A stretch of DNA of 64,000 bases from Candidatus Dormiibacterota bacterium (GCA_035716185.1 DASTJZ010000172.1:16031-80030); one strand, 5' to 3'; counted from the first letter of the stretch, positions 27,504-37,405 are shown. Notes: generated from the letters alone by a model not told the origin. Made by a program: numbers and translations.

Positions 27504-28115
27504 ATGGGTAAGAAGAAACACATGTCAGCCAAGCATCAGAACTCCAACCACCCACAGGGCGCCGAGCCTCACGCGCCAGGCGCCGTGGATACAAGGGCCA
27601 GCGCATCGGCAGATCCGGCACCGGACGCCGGCGAGACGACCCAGACCGTCGATTCTGACCTGCAGGCCGCTCGCGAGGAAGCGAAGGCGACCTTTGCTCA
27701 ATACCAGCGACTGGCCGCGGACTTCGAGAACTACAAGCGGCGCTCCCGTCAGGATCTGGCCGATCGAACCCAGTACGCCAACGAAGAGCTGGTTCGCAAG
27801 CTGCTGCCCATCCTCGATAACTTCAAGCGGGCCCTGGACCACGCGCCCGAGAACATCGATCCGAGCTGGTTCGAGGGCATCAAGCTGGTCGCCCGGCAGT
27901 TCGAGGAGACCCTGCAGGCCCAGGGGCTGTCGACCATCCCGGCCGTCGGCCAGCCGTTCGATCCTGCGCAGCACGAGGCCATCGCCCGTGAAGAAACCGA
28001 CGAACACCAAGAGGGCACGGTCGTGGAGGAGATGCGGCCCGGCTACCGGCTACACAATCGGGTCCTGCGGCCTACCCTGGTGAAGGTTGCCCATCCCCGC
28101 GCGTTAAAGTCCTAG
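27504..28115 (+). CDS. grpE: Nucleotide exchange factor GrpE
   Basis: The GrpE core reads FENYKRRSRQDLADRTQYANEELVRKLLPILDNFKRAL. Length is 203 aa. Confidence 0.9.
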   Translation: MGKKKHMSAKHQNSNHPQGAEPHAPGAVDTRASASADPAPDAGETTQTVDSDLQAAREEAKATFAQYQRLAADFENYKRRSRQDLADRTQYANEELVRKLLPILDNFKRALDHAPENIDPSWFEGIKLVARQFEETLQAQGLSTIPAVGQPFDPAQHEAIAREETDEHQEGTVVEEMRPGYRLHNRVLRPTLVKVAHPRALKS

Positions 28116-28124
28116 CGACCTTCT

Positions 28125-29246
28125 ATGGCGATCAAGCGGGATTACTACGAGGTGCTCGGCGTCAGCAAGACGGCCAGCGCCGAGGAACTGAAGCGGGCTT
28201 ACCGCAAGCTGGCGCTGCAGTTCCATCCCGACCGTAATCCCAACGACCCCCAGGCCGAAGCCCGTTTCAAGGAAATCAACGAAGCCTACGAGGTCCTCAG
28301 CGACCAGTCGAAACGGCAGCGCTACGATACCTTCGGGCATGCCGGGACGCAAGGCATGCCGGGCTTCGACTTTGGCGGCGCCGGTTTCGGCGGCATCAAC
28401 GACATCTTCGAGGCATTCTTCGGCAGTGCCGCCGCCGGCCGGACCCGGACCGGTCCGCGCCGTGGCACCGATCTCCGGCTCGACCTCCGACTGACCTTCG
28501 AAGAAGCGGTCTTCGGCGTCGAGCGCGAGCTGACCATTCCGCGGGCTGACGCCTGCGAGGCCTGCCATGGAACGGGTGCGGCAGCCGGCACATCGCCGCA
28601 AACCTGTCCGCAGTGCCGGGGCAGCGGCCAGGTGCGCCGCGCGACGCAGTCGATCTTCGGCCAGATCGTGAACGTGACCAGCTGTCCGCGCTGCAATGGC
28701 GAGGGCAAGGTTATCGAGCGGCCCTGCCGCAACTGCGGCGGCAGCGGGCAGGTGCCCGGAGAGAAGAAGGTCCGCGTCCACATTCCGGGCGGCGTCGATA
28801 GCGGCTCACAGATCCGGCTGTCGGGCGAGGGAGAGGCGGGGCCCCGCGGCGGCTCCCCCGGTGACCTCTACATCGTCATCAATGTCAAGCCCCACGCCGT
28901 TCTCAAGCGAAGTGGCACCGACGTCGTCTATGAGTTACCGCTGAGCGTTGCCCAAGCCGCCCTGGGCGACACGGTCGAGATTCCAACCGTTGACGGCGAG
29001 GAGAAGATCGAGATTCCACCCGGGACGCAGTACGGGAAAACCATCCGGCTGCATGGTCGCGGCATCCCCCATTTGCGCTCGGGCCGTCGGGGCGATCAGA
29101 TCGTCTTCGTTCGGGTTGTCATCCCGACCAATCTGACCGAGGAGCAGCGGCAGGCGATGCGGACGCTGGGCGGCGTCAGCGGCAAACCGCACCCGGTCGA
29201 GAAGGGCTTTTTCGACCGCTTCAAGCACGCCATCGGTCTCGAATAA
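28125..29246 (+). CDS. dnaJ: Chaperone DnaJ
   Basis: The J-domain reads DYYEVLGV...HPDRNP. A G/F-rich region follows. Four CxxCxGxG zinc-finger repeats are present. Length is 373 aa. Confidence 0.9.
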   Translation: MAIKRDYYEVLGVSKTASAEELKRAYRKLALQFHPDRNPNDPQAEARFKEINEAYEVLSDQSKRQRYDTFGHAGTQGMPGFDFGGAGFGGINDIFEAFFGSAAAGRTRTGPRRGTDLRLDLRLTFEEAVFGVERELTIPRADACEACHGTGAAAGTSPQTCPQCRGSGQVRRATQSIFGQIVNVTSCPRCNGEGKVIERPCRNCGGSGQVPGEKKVRVHIPGGVDSGSQIRLSGEGEAGPRGGSPGDLYIVINVKPHAVLKRSGTDVVYELPLSVAQAALGDTVEIPTVDGEEKIEIPPGTQYGKTIRLHGRGIPHLRSGRRGDQIVFVRVVIPTNLTEEQRQAMRTLGGVSGKPHPVEKGFFDRFKHAIGLE

Positions 29247-29266
29247 GTTCCGTAGACTAACACCCG

Positions 29267-29464
29267 GTGTCGACGGCGTTCCGCATTCTGCTGGCCCTCG
29301 CCGCGGCATCGATCGCGCTCGCGTTCCTGCTGGGTCCGGCCTGGCGGGGCAGCTTCTACCGCAGCTGGCTGCGGCCTCGACTGGTGGCGCTGGGAATTCT
29401 GCTGGTGATCTTTGCCATTGGTGAGTACGCCTACCGCCTGCTGACGGCCATCCGGAAACACTGA
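29267..29464 (+). CDS. Small hypothetical membrane protein (65 aa, 2 TM)
   Basis: It has a GTG start. Its stop overlaps the ferredoxin ATG (TGATG). Confidence 0.4.
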   Translation: MSTAFRILLALAAASIALAFLLGPAWRGSFYRSWLRPRLVALGILLVIFAIGEYAYRLLTAIRKH

Positions 29465-29730
29465 TGGCGCGTCGATTCCAGGTCACCTTCACGGAGAGCG
29501 CCAAGACGGTCGAGGTCGCCGAGAACGAAGCCATTCTCGAGGCCGGACTCAGGGCCGGCGTCAGGCTCGCCTTCGATTGCCGCAAGGGCCGCTGCAAGAC
29601 CTGCATGGTCCGGGTTGACGGCATCATCGATCAAACCGATGCCTGGCTGATCAGTAATGAAGAGCTTGCTGAGGGCTATGCCCTGATCTGCGTTGGCCGG
29701 CCGCGGAGCGATCTCCGGGTGCACGCCTGA
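29464..29730 (+). CDS. 2Fe-2S ferredoxin (plant-type)
   Basis: The Cys pattern is C-x4-C-x2-C ... C (FDCRKGRCKTC ... LICVG). Length is 88 aa. Both ends are translationally coupled to neighbours (TGATG). Confidence 0.75.
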   Translation: MARRFQVTFTESAKTVEVAENEAILEAGLRAGVRLAFDCRKGRCKTCMVRVDGIIDQTDAWLISNEELAEGYALICVGRPRSDLRVHA

Positions 29731-30905
29731 TGCGCTTCACGATCGTCGACGCGATCGCCGCGGTGGCGGTGATCTTCGCCATCAGCAGCGGCTACCGGCG
29801 GGGCTTCTGGTTGTCGCTCGCCCAGTACGCCGGGGTTGTCATCGGCGTGGTGGTCGGGGCGGCATTGGCGCCCCCGCTGATGGACTGGCTGGGCTTGACC
29901 AGTGCCACCATGCGCTCGCTCGTGGCGATCACGATCCTGGTCGTCGCCGGCGTCATCGGCAGTAGCATCGGATACTGGCTGGGCGAGCCGATCCGGATTC
30001 GACTTCTGGCCCGTCCGAGTAGCGGCCGAGTGGACAGCGTGGGGGGCGCCATCTTTTCCGCGCTTGCCATGCTCTCCGTCTGCTGGTTTCTCGGACTCAG
30101 CCTGGCGCGGGTACCCAACCCCGTCCTTTCGGGGGCGATCCAGCGGTCAGCAGTGTTGCGCGCCCTGGATGGGATCGCTCCTCGGCCGCCGGCTTTTCTC
30201 GCGCGCGTCGAGTCGATCATCGCCGCCGTCAATTTCCCGAGTGCCTTCTCGGGCCTCGAGCCAACACCCTCGGCCCTGCCGCTGCCCGCATCGGTCGATA
30301 CCCCGGGGGTGCGGACCTCTGAGAGTGAGACCGTCAAGGTGCAGGGCTTTGGTTGCGGCGGCATCGTATTCGGCAGCGGCTTTCCGGTCGGACCGGGGAT
30401 GATCCTGACCAATGCGCACGTCGTTGCTGGCACTCACAGCACGACGGTCCATAGTGACACTGGCGGTACCCTGGCGGCCCGGGTCGTGCTCTTCGATCCC
30501 GAACGTGACGTCGCCATTCTCTACGTGCCCCGCCTGGCGATGCCGCCTATCGGGCAAGGTTCGGCGGCGGCTGGCACCCAGGGAGCGGCCATCGGGTACC
30601 CGGGGGGTGGCGCCGAACAGGTCTCGGCCGCGGTCGTCAATGGCCAGGTCCGGGCAGAAGGCCGGGACATCTACGGGCAGAATCTGGTGGTGCGGAGCAT
30701 CTGGATCATCCAGGCGAACGTTCAGCCGGGGAATTCCGGCGGACCGCTGGTCGATCTCAACGGCAAGGTCGTGGGGGTGATCTTCGCCGCCTCAACCAGC
30801 ATCCAGGGCCAGGCGTATGCCCTCACCGATGCCGAGGTGCAACCCGATATCAACCAGGCGCAGGGTCAGACGCAGCCGGTTGCCGTTGGTCCCTGCGCCA
30901 TGTAG
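29730..30905 (+). CDS. MarP-like membrane protease: N-terminal CvpA-family 4-TM domain fused to C-terminal trypsin-like S1 serine protease
   Basis: The N-terminal ~150 aa are hydrophobic and CvpA-like. The C-terminal catalytic context reads ILTNAHVV...RDVAIL...QPGNSGGPLVD. Confidence 0.8.
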   Translation: MRFTIVDAIAAVAVIFAISSGYRRGFWLSLAQYAGVVIGVVVGAALAPPLMDWLGLTSATMRSLVAITILVVAGVIGSSIGYWLGEPIRIRLLARPSSGRVDSVGGAIFSALAMLSVCWFLGLSLARVPNPVLSGAIQRSAVLRALDGIAPRPPAFLARVESIIAAVNFPSAFSGLEPTPSALPLPASVDTPGVRTSESETVKVQGFGCGGIVFGSGFPVGPGMILTNAHVVAGTHSTTVHSDTGGTLAARVVLFDPERDVAILYVPRLAMPPIGQGSAAAGTQGAAIGYPGGGAEQVSAAVVNGQVRAEGRDIYGQNLVVRSIWIIQANVQPGNSGGPLVDLNGKVVGVIFAASTSIQGQAYALTDAEVQPDINQAQGQTQPVAVGPCAM

Positions 30906-30949
30906 CTGAGGCTCGGGCCGGGAGGCCCGGGTCTGCGAGACTGACGCCG

Positions 30950-32182
30950 ATGGCCGAGCCGGAACACGGAAGGTGGGCTGCGAGAGCCTGGCGCAGTGTC
31001 GAGCAGCCGGTTCGCATCCTCGTCTATCTGCTGATCGCCCTCTCGGCGGTGATGCTCTATCACCAGAGCGAATACCTGGTCGTCCACCTGTTCAATGTGC
31101 TGCTGCTCTTCCTCTTTGCCGCGATCATCGCCCTGCTCCTGACGCCGCTGATCGACCGGATGGAAGCGATCATGATCTTCAAAGGGCGGCGCATCCTGGC
31201 CGTCTTGCTCGTCTACCTGGTCTTCCTTGGCCTGATCGCAGGGGTGATCGCGCTTGTCGCGCCTCCGCTGGTCGGCCAGGCCAGGCAGTTGCCGGCACTC
31301 GAAAATCGAATCAACGCCATCATCCAGGCCCTGTCGGCCGCCATCAACAGCGCCGGCATCCCCGTCAAGCTGAGCCTGCCCAACGGCTTCGCCGGGCTCA
31401 GTCCATCGGTCCTGGGATCGGCGTTCGGCATCCTGTCCGGCACCGTCGGAACCCTGGTCAGCCTGCTGCTGGTGATCGTGATCTCGATCTATCTTCTGGT
31501 GGAGGGCCGCCAGCTGATCGCCAGCATGCGCAAGCTATTTCCCAGCCACGAAGAGGTCTACGACTTCACCCTGGTTGCGGTCGGCACCACCTTTGGCCAG
31601 TACGCGCGTGGCCAGCTGATCATGTCGCTCGTGATGGGGACCTATACCGCCGTCGCGATGACGCTGGTGGGCGTGCCCTACGCCGTGGTTCTCGGGATTC
31701 TGACGTTCTTCCTGGAGTTCCTGCCCCTGATCGGTGCCCCAGTGGGGATGGGCATCGCCGTCATCATCGCCCTCATCTTCAAGGGACCCTTCGTCGCGTT
31801 GCTGGCGCTCGCGGTGGCCCTCGGCGGCCACGCCATCGAGGCCTACATCCTCGGGCCGCGCGTGACCGGCTCCGCCACGCGCATCCATCCACTGGTGGCC
31901 ATGGCGGCGTTGTTGATCGGAGCCGAATTGGGCGGCATCCTGGGCGCGCTCTTCGCGGTTCCGGTCGCGGCCCTCCTCAACGTCTTCCTGGGCGCCATCT
32001 ACCGTGCCCGGCGCGGCGAGGAGGCGCCCCTGTCCGCGAGCCCATCCGGCGAGGTGCACCCCGAAGCCCTGCCGCGGCTGTCCGAGGAGATTGCCGAGGC
32101 CGCCGCCGAGGGCCCCCTCCAGGACAAGCCGGTGCCGCATACGGCGGGCGAGGGCGAAGCGGCTCGAGAATCGGCCGGTTAG
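30950..32182 (+). CDS. AI-2E family transporter (PerM/UPF0118)
   Basis: It is a 410-aa multi-TM protein with the AI-2E core (FFLEFLPLIGAPVG...). The overlapping track ORF 30973..32196 is in the wrong frame. Confidence 0.8.
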   Translation: MAEPEHGRWAARAWRSVEQPVRILVYLLIALSAVMLYHQSEYLVVHLFNVLLLFLFAAIIALLLTPLIDRMEAIMIFKGRRILAVLLVYLVFLGLIAGVIALVAPPLVGQARQLPALENRINAIIQALSAAINSAGIPVKLSLPNGFAGLSPSVLGSAFGILSGTVGTLVSLLLVIVISIYLLVEGRQLIASMRKLFPSHEEVYDFTLVAVGTTFGQYARGQLIMSLVMGTYTAVAMTLVGVPYAVVLGILTFFLEFLPLIGAPVGMGIAVIIALIFKGPFVALLALAVALGGHAIEAYILGPRVTGSATRIHPLVAMAALLIGAELGGILGALFAVPVAALLNVFLGAIYRARRGEEAPLSASPSGEVHPEALPRLSEEIAEAAAEGPLQDKPVPHTAGEGEAARESAG

Positions 32183-32184
32183 GG

Positions 32185-33561
32185 TTAGGGGCCTGACGAC
32201 GGCAGCGGCGTCGGCTCGACGTTCTGGGTATTCTGCTGACCTTCGATCGTGATCTGTCCCGTGATCAGGAAGGGCGCCCGGCTGTTCTCGCGGATGAAGC
32301 CCATGGTGATGATCATCGCCATGGTCAGCCCGGCCAGCAGGATCAGCAGCCGCTGCTCCCCCCGGCGAGCGGTGCCCCAGACGACGCCGGGCAAGCCGCG
32401 CAGGTACCAGACGACGGCGGCGATCGCGAGCAGGCTGTAGCCGATCAGGGCAAGCACCTTCCAGGGGATCATCGAGCCGAGCGGATTGATGAGGCCCCCT
32501 TCCCAGAAGGGGCGGTTCAGGCCGGCGGCGACCACCGTGTCATAGCTGAAGCTGATGTGATACGGCATCGCGGCCAGCAGGGTGCTCGCCACCATGCCGG
32601 CGGTCATCAGTTTGAGCAGTCCCGATCCGGGCGCGTGGTCGGTTCGCAGCCGGCGCGTGAAATAGAACAGGGCCACGATGAACATCAGGCCCAGCAGAAA
32701 GATCTGCCAGAGGAAGACCACGCTCAGCTGGCCGAACATCATCTTGTACCAGCTGTTGTACGCGTGCAACTGGATCTCTTTGGCGTAGGAGTAGCCGACG
32801 ATCGGCTGCACCAGCGTCATCGACACGCCCCAGAGCAAACCGAAGCTGCCGGCCCAGTCGTAGAAGGCGCGGTCCTCGGGATCGCGGGCCCGCAGGAAGC
32901 GGATGGCGCAAAACGCACCAAACACGAAGCCGATATAGGCGAGGTTGGCGACCGTCCGGTGCACCGTCAGTGGATAGGACGTTGGATTCAAGGCCAACCG
33001 GAGCGGGTTCTGCGGATTGGTCGGGGTGAGCATATAGCTGGCGATGATGTCGATCATGTAGACCTGCAGGAAGGAGGCGATCGCGAGCAAGCCGCCGAGC
33101 GCCATGTGAAGGCCCTTGAAGCCTCGCAGCGCGTCCCAGCTGTAGTACCAGATGTAGGCGAGTGAAACCTGCAGGACGAAGGTCCAGGCCTCGATGAAGA
33201 AGGGCCACCATCCGATGGTCACGATGGTCGACCAGAAATGCCCCCAGAACCCGACCAGCAGCACGGTGATCAGCAGGATGGCGATGGTCGAGCTGACGCT
33301 GAAGTAATAGACCATGAAACGGCCCAGCCCATGCGCCAAGCGGTCGTAGCGACGGCGTTGCCGGACGTAGCCGAGGAACTCGATCGCCGGAGCAAGCTCG
33401 CCGGCGCCGCTCACCAACCCAGCGATCAGGATGTGTAGCGAGAACAGCGAGCCGATCGCCGCCTGGGCCGCGATCCGGTTACTGCCCTGGGGTGCCTGGG
33501 CCGGAAGCTCCGCGGCGAGGCGTTGGAGCGCCGGAGCAATGACCGCGAGCAGCTGACTCAC
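32185..33561 (-). CDS. Cytochrome bd-type quinol oxidase subunit I-like membrane protein (CydA family paralog B)
   Basis: It has an N-terminal TM His (SLHILIAG, compare CydA HFLFVP). An FFIEAWTF motif matches the CydA AIEGLMAFF region. SWDAL matches CydA GWDRL. The C-terminal IRENSRAPF matches CydA AEYGRQPW. It overlaps the cyt b stop by 4 nt. Confidence 0.65.
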   Translation of the reverse strand: MSQLLAVIAPALQRLAAELPAQAPQGSNRIAAQAAIGSLFSLHILIAGLVSGAGELAPAIEFLGYVRQRRRYDRLAHGLGRFMVYYFSVSSTIAILLITVLLVGFWGHFWSTIVTIGWWPFFIEAWTFVLQVSLAYIWYYSWDALRGFKGLHMALGGLLAIASFLQVYMIDIIASYMLTPTNPQNPLRLALNPTSYPLTVHRTVANLAYIGFVFGAFCAIRFLRARDPEDRAFYDWAGSFGLLWGVSMTLVQPIVGYSYAKEIQLHAYNSWYKMMFGQLSVVFLWQIFLLGLMFIVALFYFTRRLRTDHAPGSGLLKLMTAGMVASTLLAAMPYHISFSYDTVVAAGLNRPFWEGGLINPLGSMIPWKVLALIGYSLLAIAAVVWYLRGLPGVVWGTARRGEQRLLILLAGLTMAMIITMGFIRENSRAPFLITGQITIEGQQNTQNVEPTPLPSSGP

Positions 33562-34724
33562 TGGTTGAACAGCCTCCCCGAGCCGAGCAGCGTGAGGATG
33601 ACGATGAAGAGGACCGCGAAGGCGCCCGGAACCATGACCGCCGGACGCTCAAAGGGATTGCGTTCCGGACCACGGTCGATGAAGGGAAGCGCGAGCAGCA
33701 GCAGGACGCCGCCCGCCGGCAAGACCAGGATCAGGGGGATGAGCTGCTGGGGAACCAGGAGCAACAGCTGGTCGAGGGGGAGGAAAAACCACTCGGGAAC
33801 CGGCACATAGGACGTGGTCGAGGGATCCGCGATCGCCTCCAACGGCGCGCCGATGGCCACCGCCAGGATGAAGACCACGATCACGAGCCCAACCGAAACG
33901 ATGCCGTCCTTGAATGTCTGATGCGGGTAGAAGTCTTCCGTCTCGAGTGGAGCCGCCCAGAGTTCGTCGGTTGGGACCGCCGGATAGGGTGGCTCGATTG
34001 GTCGCTGCTTCGGAGCCGGCGGCACGTCGACGCCCTCCCGGCTGCGGAAGGCGCCGCGATAGTTGATATACGAACCGAACTCGCCGTGCTTTCTCAGGAG
34101 GGCCAGGTGGGCGAGGATCAGCGGGAAGAGGATCGCCGGGAGCAGCCAGACGTGAATGCCAAAAGTCCGGACAAGCGTGATCGGGCCCATCGTGTCGCCA
34201 CCTCGCCAGAGGGCGCGAAGAAAGGAGCCGATCAGAGGCGTGTAGGCCGCGATGTTGGTGACGACGACCGCGGTCCAGTAGGCCGCCTGGTCCCAGGGCA
34301 GAAAGGCACCGGTAATCGCCATGCCCAGCACCAGGACGAACAGGATCACGCCCGTTACCCAGTTGAGCTCGCGTGGCCGCTTATACGAGCCGGAAAAGAA
34401 GGTCCGCACCATGTGCAGCCCGATGACGAACAGCAGGATGTAGGCGGACCAGAGATGGATGCCGCGGACGATTGACCCGAAGGCATCGTGCTGTTTGAGA
34501 TAGTTCAGGCTGGCCCAGGCTTCGGTCACCGAGGGGACGTAGAGCAAGGTGAGGAAGATGCCGGTGATCAGCTGGAGCAGGATCAAGACCAGCGTGGCGC
34601 TGCCCAGGGTGTAGAACCAGGCACCACGGACGGGGACCGCTTCGTAGAGTCCCTTGCGCAGCAGATTCCGGACGGCGGCGCGCTCGTCAAACCAGTTGTA
34701 TGCGCCGGAAAGCAAGCGTTGCAT
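33558..34724 (-). CDS. Cytochrome b (bc-complex/b6-type, QcrB/PetB-like)
   Basis: Two bis-His heme motifs are present (HLWSAYILLFVIGLHM and HVWLLPAILFPLILAH). The ATG overlaps the Rieske stop (TGATG). The track ORF over-extends to 34862. Confidence 0.85.
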   Translation of the reverse strand: MQRLLSGAYNWFDERAAVRNLLRKGLYEAVPVRGAWFYTLGSATLVLILLQLITGIFLTLLYVPSVTEAWASLNYLKQHDAFGSIVRGIHLWSAYILLFVIGLHMVRTFFSGSYKRPRELNWVTGVILFVLVLGMAITGAFLPWDQAAYWTAVVVTNIAAYTPLIGSFLRALWRGGDTMGPITLVRTFGIHVWLLPAILFPLILAHLALLRKHGEFGSYINYRGAFRSREGVDVPPAPKQRPIEPPYPAVPTDELWAAPLETEDFYPHQTFKDGIVSVGLVIVVFILAVAIGAPLEAIADPSTTSYVPVPEWFFLPLDQLLLLVPQQLIPLILVLPAGGVLLLLALPFIDRGPERNPFERPAVMVPGAFAVLFIVILTLLGSGRLFNQ

Positions 34725-35215
34725 CAGATGTTCTCGGTGAAGCGGTTTTCGATGTAGAGAGTGGTGCCGTCGATGCGGTGGACATACTGCGGCAGCGGCT
34801 TCGGGGGAGGACCGCCGACGTTCTGGCCCGTGATGTCGTAGAGGCCGCCGTGGCAGGGGCACAGAAATTGGCGGAGGGCGTCATCCCAATGCACTGGACA
34901 TTGCATGTGAGAGCAGACGTTGGAGAGGACCGTGTAGTTGTTGTTCTGCTTGACGACATAGACCGCCGCGTTGACTTTCGAGCTGGTCCATTCGCCTTGC
35001 GGAAACGACACGACGAATTTGGTCGGCTGACCGTCCGGCACGCTGCCGATGTCGCCCACCTGCTGCCAGTAGGTCGGCTGCCGGCGGAACAGGGGCGACA
35101 GGATGAACCCGATGATCGGAATGCCGAGCAGGACGGCGACCACCGCGCCGGCGACCTGCGTGCCGAGGAGGTCGAACTGCCGCCGCGTCAGGCGGCGAGG
35201 ATCACGATGTGCCAT
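34724..35215 (-). CDS. Rieske [2Fe-2S] iron-sulfur protein with Tat signal anchor
   Basis: A twin-arginine signal is present (RRLTRRQF). The Rieske boxes read CSHMQCPVHW and CPCHGGLYD. Confidence 0.85.
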   Translation of the reverse strand: MAHRDPRRLTRRQFDLLGTQVAGAVVAVLLGIPIIGFILSPLFRRQPTYWQQVGDIGSVPDGQPTKFVVSFPQGEWTSSKVNAAVYVVKQNNNYTVLSNVCSHMQCPVHWDDALRQFLCPCHGGLYDITGQNVGGPPPKPLPQYVHRIDGTTLYIENRFTENI

Positions 35216-35438
35216 AGCGGATGAAGCCGTAGAGCACGCCGGCCGTGCCCACGACGATGAACAGAAAGACAACGGTGACGGCGCCGCTGACCAGCCAGAA
35301 GATCAGCGGCGTGTGACCCTGCCCCTGACGGGCCCAGCGACGAAGGCTGCGAACGACGAGACCGACGAACAACAGCGTCAGCGAAACCATGATCGCGCTG
35401 ATCAGGGCGAGATAGAAATAGGTCTGCAGATCACCCAT
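35202..35438 (-). CDS. Small 2-TM membrane protein (possible accessory subunit of the complex)
   Basis: Length is 78 aa, hydrophobic, and it sits between the cyt bd-like and Rieske genes. Confidence 0.45.
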   Translation of the reverse strand: MGDLQTYFYLALISAIMVSLTLLFVGLVVRSLRRWARQGQGHTPLIFWLVSGAVTVVFLFIVVGTAGVLYGFIRYGTS

Positions 35439-35444
35439 CGGTGC

Positions 35445-36689
35445 TCATGGGTAGTAGCCCTTGCTGGGCGCCTGGAAGATGCCATAGCTGTCCGACTCGG
35501 TCATCACGCCGTAAATGGTGTAGTTGCTGCGGGCCGTCTCCCGAATGACCCCCATCAAGAGAAAGAGCAGCAGCGCGCTGGCGCCGGTCACCGCCAGCGT
35601 GACCTGGCTGCTGCGGCGCAGCTCGTTGGTGGGCGCGGGCACCCGCGGCCTGGAAATCAGCCAGTGCGCCAGGCTGATGAACACGGCGACCGCCAGCGCG
35701 ACATAGCGCAGCCAGAACACGTCTTTGGGGAAGACCGCCGCCGGCAGCATGGTGATCAGCGACGTCACGATCACGATGGCGGTCAAGACCGGCCCGGTCG
35801 GCGTTCGACGCGATTGCACGAAGTAGAGATTGGTGCCGATCAGCAGGATGGCGATAAACGTGGCCTGGATCAGCCACAGCCAGGCGAACGGCCCTTGCAG
35901 CGAATATTGAAAAGCCCCGGGCGACGCCCGCTTGATGCTCTCGACAAATATGGCGCCCAGTCCGATCTGGATCGCCAGCGTCGTGAAGCCGACCACCAGG
36001 CTGACTCGAGCGGCCCAGTGGAAGTACACGCGGTTGGCCGCCTGGCGGCTGACCGCGGCATAGACCGCAGCAACTCCGGCAATGAAGAACGATGCCCAGG
36101 AAAGATTGCCGACGAACCGATGAGCGAGCTCCGGCCAGTAGGAGGCGTTGAAGAAGGCGCCGATGCCGCGGCCCGGCGTCAGCATGTAGCTGTCCAGCGC
36201 CACGATGATGAACAGAAAGATGTGCTCCGAGGCCGCCGCCCCGTAGCCGATCGCGATGTGCCTCCCCTTGCGCGCCTGGAAGCGATCCCAGCGCAGCGTG
36301 TAGAGGAGCAGCAAGGCGATGGTCAGGAACCAGATGGTGAAGGCGAGCACCGCCGGCCAGAAGAAGATCGTGACCAGGGTGACGAAGAATTTTCCGTAAA
36401 GCGCCGCGACGACAAACACGGCGAAACCACCCAGCGTCGCGCCCAGGCTGAAGATCTTCTGATTGACATTGCCCAGCGTGCGGGCGTAGCGCTCGAACCG
36501 TGGATCCTCGCGACGAAGCCCGATCCATTCATAGGTCGGACCCAGCACCAGCGAGCCCATCGTGAAGGAGCCGAACATGATGTGGATCAGGAAGAAGATG
36601 CCCACCGCCCATCGATTGGTGATGAACGGGAGCTGGACGCCGGGCTGATTGACCGTGAATGACCCGGCGATAAAGGTCACCGGTGACAT
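35445..36689 (-). CDS. Cytochrome bd-type quinol oxidase subunit I-like membrane protein (CydA family paralog A)
   Basis: The start is MSPVTFIAGSF. The TM1 His is in IHIMFGSF (compare CydA HFLFVPL). LRWDRF matches CydA GWDRL. IRETARSNY matches CydA AEYGRQPW. The track ORF over-extends to 37043. Confidence 0.65.
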   Translation of the reverse strand: MSPVTFIAGSFTVNQPGVQLPFITNRWAVGIFFLIHIMFGSFTMGSLVLGPTYEWIGLRREDPRFERYARTLGNVNQKIFSLGATLGGFAVFVVAALYGKFFVTLVTIFFWPAVLAFTIWFLTIALLLLYTLRWDRFQARKGRHIAIGYGAAASEHIFLFIIVALDSYMLTPGRGIGAFFNASYWPELAHRFVGNLSWASFFIAGVAAVYAAVSRQAANRVYFHWAARVSLVVGFTTLAIQIGLGAIFVESIKRASPGAFQYSLQGPFAWLWLIQATFIAILLIGTNLYFVQSRRTPTGPVLTAIVIVTSLITMLPAAVFPKDVFWLRYVALAVAVFISLAHWLISRPRVPAPTNELRRSSQVTLAVTGASALLLFLLMGVIRETARSNYTIYGVMTESDSYGIFQAPSKGYYP

Positions 36690-36694
36690 CCGTG

Positions 36695-37405
36695 TCAGTC
36701 CATCTCGCCGACTCGCCGGCCCAGCCGGCCGGTGAGCCCTGCCGCGCCAACCAGGAAACCGAACGCGCCGAGCAGCGTTTCCCAGGGCAGCAGATTGGGC
36801 TGGCCGCCCAGGCTGCCAAGCAACGCCTCGTGGAGATAGCTGTAGGGCAGCAACCGCGAGATCACCAGGAGGACGGGGTGCGTCAACGGCGTGAAGACGC
36901 CGGATAGATAGAGGAGGGGAAGAAGCGGGATGACGACGTAAAGCATCACTTCGCCCGGCGAGGTCGAGAGCGTGCTGGCGACCGCGCCGAACAGATTGCC
37001 AATCAGCAGCACGGCCGCCGTGCCCACGATCAGCGCCGGCCACCAGACGAATTGGGATGGGTGACGAGCTGCGATGAGCAGCAGCACCGGCGTCAGCTGC
37101 ACGAAGTCGATGACGGCGTTGGTGCCCAGCCGCTCGATCAGCAGTCGGCCCGGTGCCACGGGGAGGATTCGATAGCGCAGGGCGAGCCCGGTCTGGCGTT
37201 CGCGGGAGAGGACCGCTCCCGATCCCAGCGCGCCGACGATCGCCACCAGCATCGTGAGCGCCATCGCGGCGTAAATTGCGGGCGCGCCACTCAGGACCAG
37301 CGGCACGGCCAATAAGACCGGAAAGGCCAGCTTGATGACCAGCGCGCGGCGGCGTTGGGCGAATTCGGTCAGCTCGCGCTGCCAGATGGTGCCGGCGAGC
37401 ATCAC
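36695..37405 (-). CDS. ABC-2 type transporter permease
   Basis: It is a 6-TM ABC-2 permease. It overlaps the ATPase by 4 nt, and the cyt bd-like gene follows after a 5-nt gap. Confidence 0.7.
   Translation of the reverse strand: MMLAGTIWQRELTEFAQRRRALVIKLAFPVLLAVPLVLSGAPAIYAAMALTMLVAIVGALGSGAVLSRERQTGLALRYRILPVAPGRLLIERLGTNAVIDFVQLTPVLLLIAARHPSQFVWWPALIVGTAAVLLIGNLFGAVASTLSTSPGEVMLYVVIPLLPLLYLSGVFTPLTHPVLLVISRLLPYSYLHEALLGSLGGQPNLLPWETLLGAFGFLVGAAGLTGRLGRRVGEMD

Noticed and set aside
30973-32196. 407-aa ORF overlapping the AI-2E transporter in another frame
   Set aside because: Only the 30950 frame gives a hydrophobic multi-TM AI-2E protein. The other frame is Arg/Gly-rich.
35103-36662. 519-aa plus-strand ORF across the Rieske / bd-like genes
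   Set aside because: It is antisense to motif-bearing respiratory genes and has an extremely Arg/Asp/Gly-rich composition.
36675-36687. Palindrome GGTCACCGGTGAC at the start codon of the bd-like gene A
   Set aside because: It lies inside coding sequence (codes MSPVT). It is probably coincidental, though it could be a translation-initiation structure.
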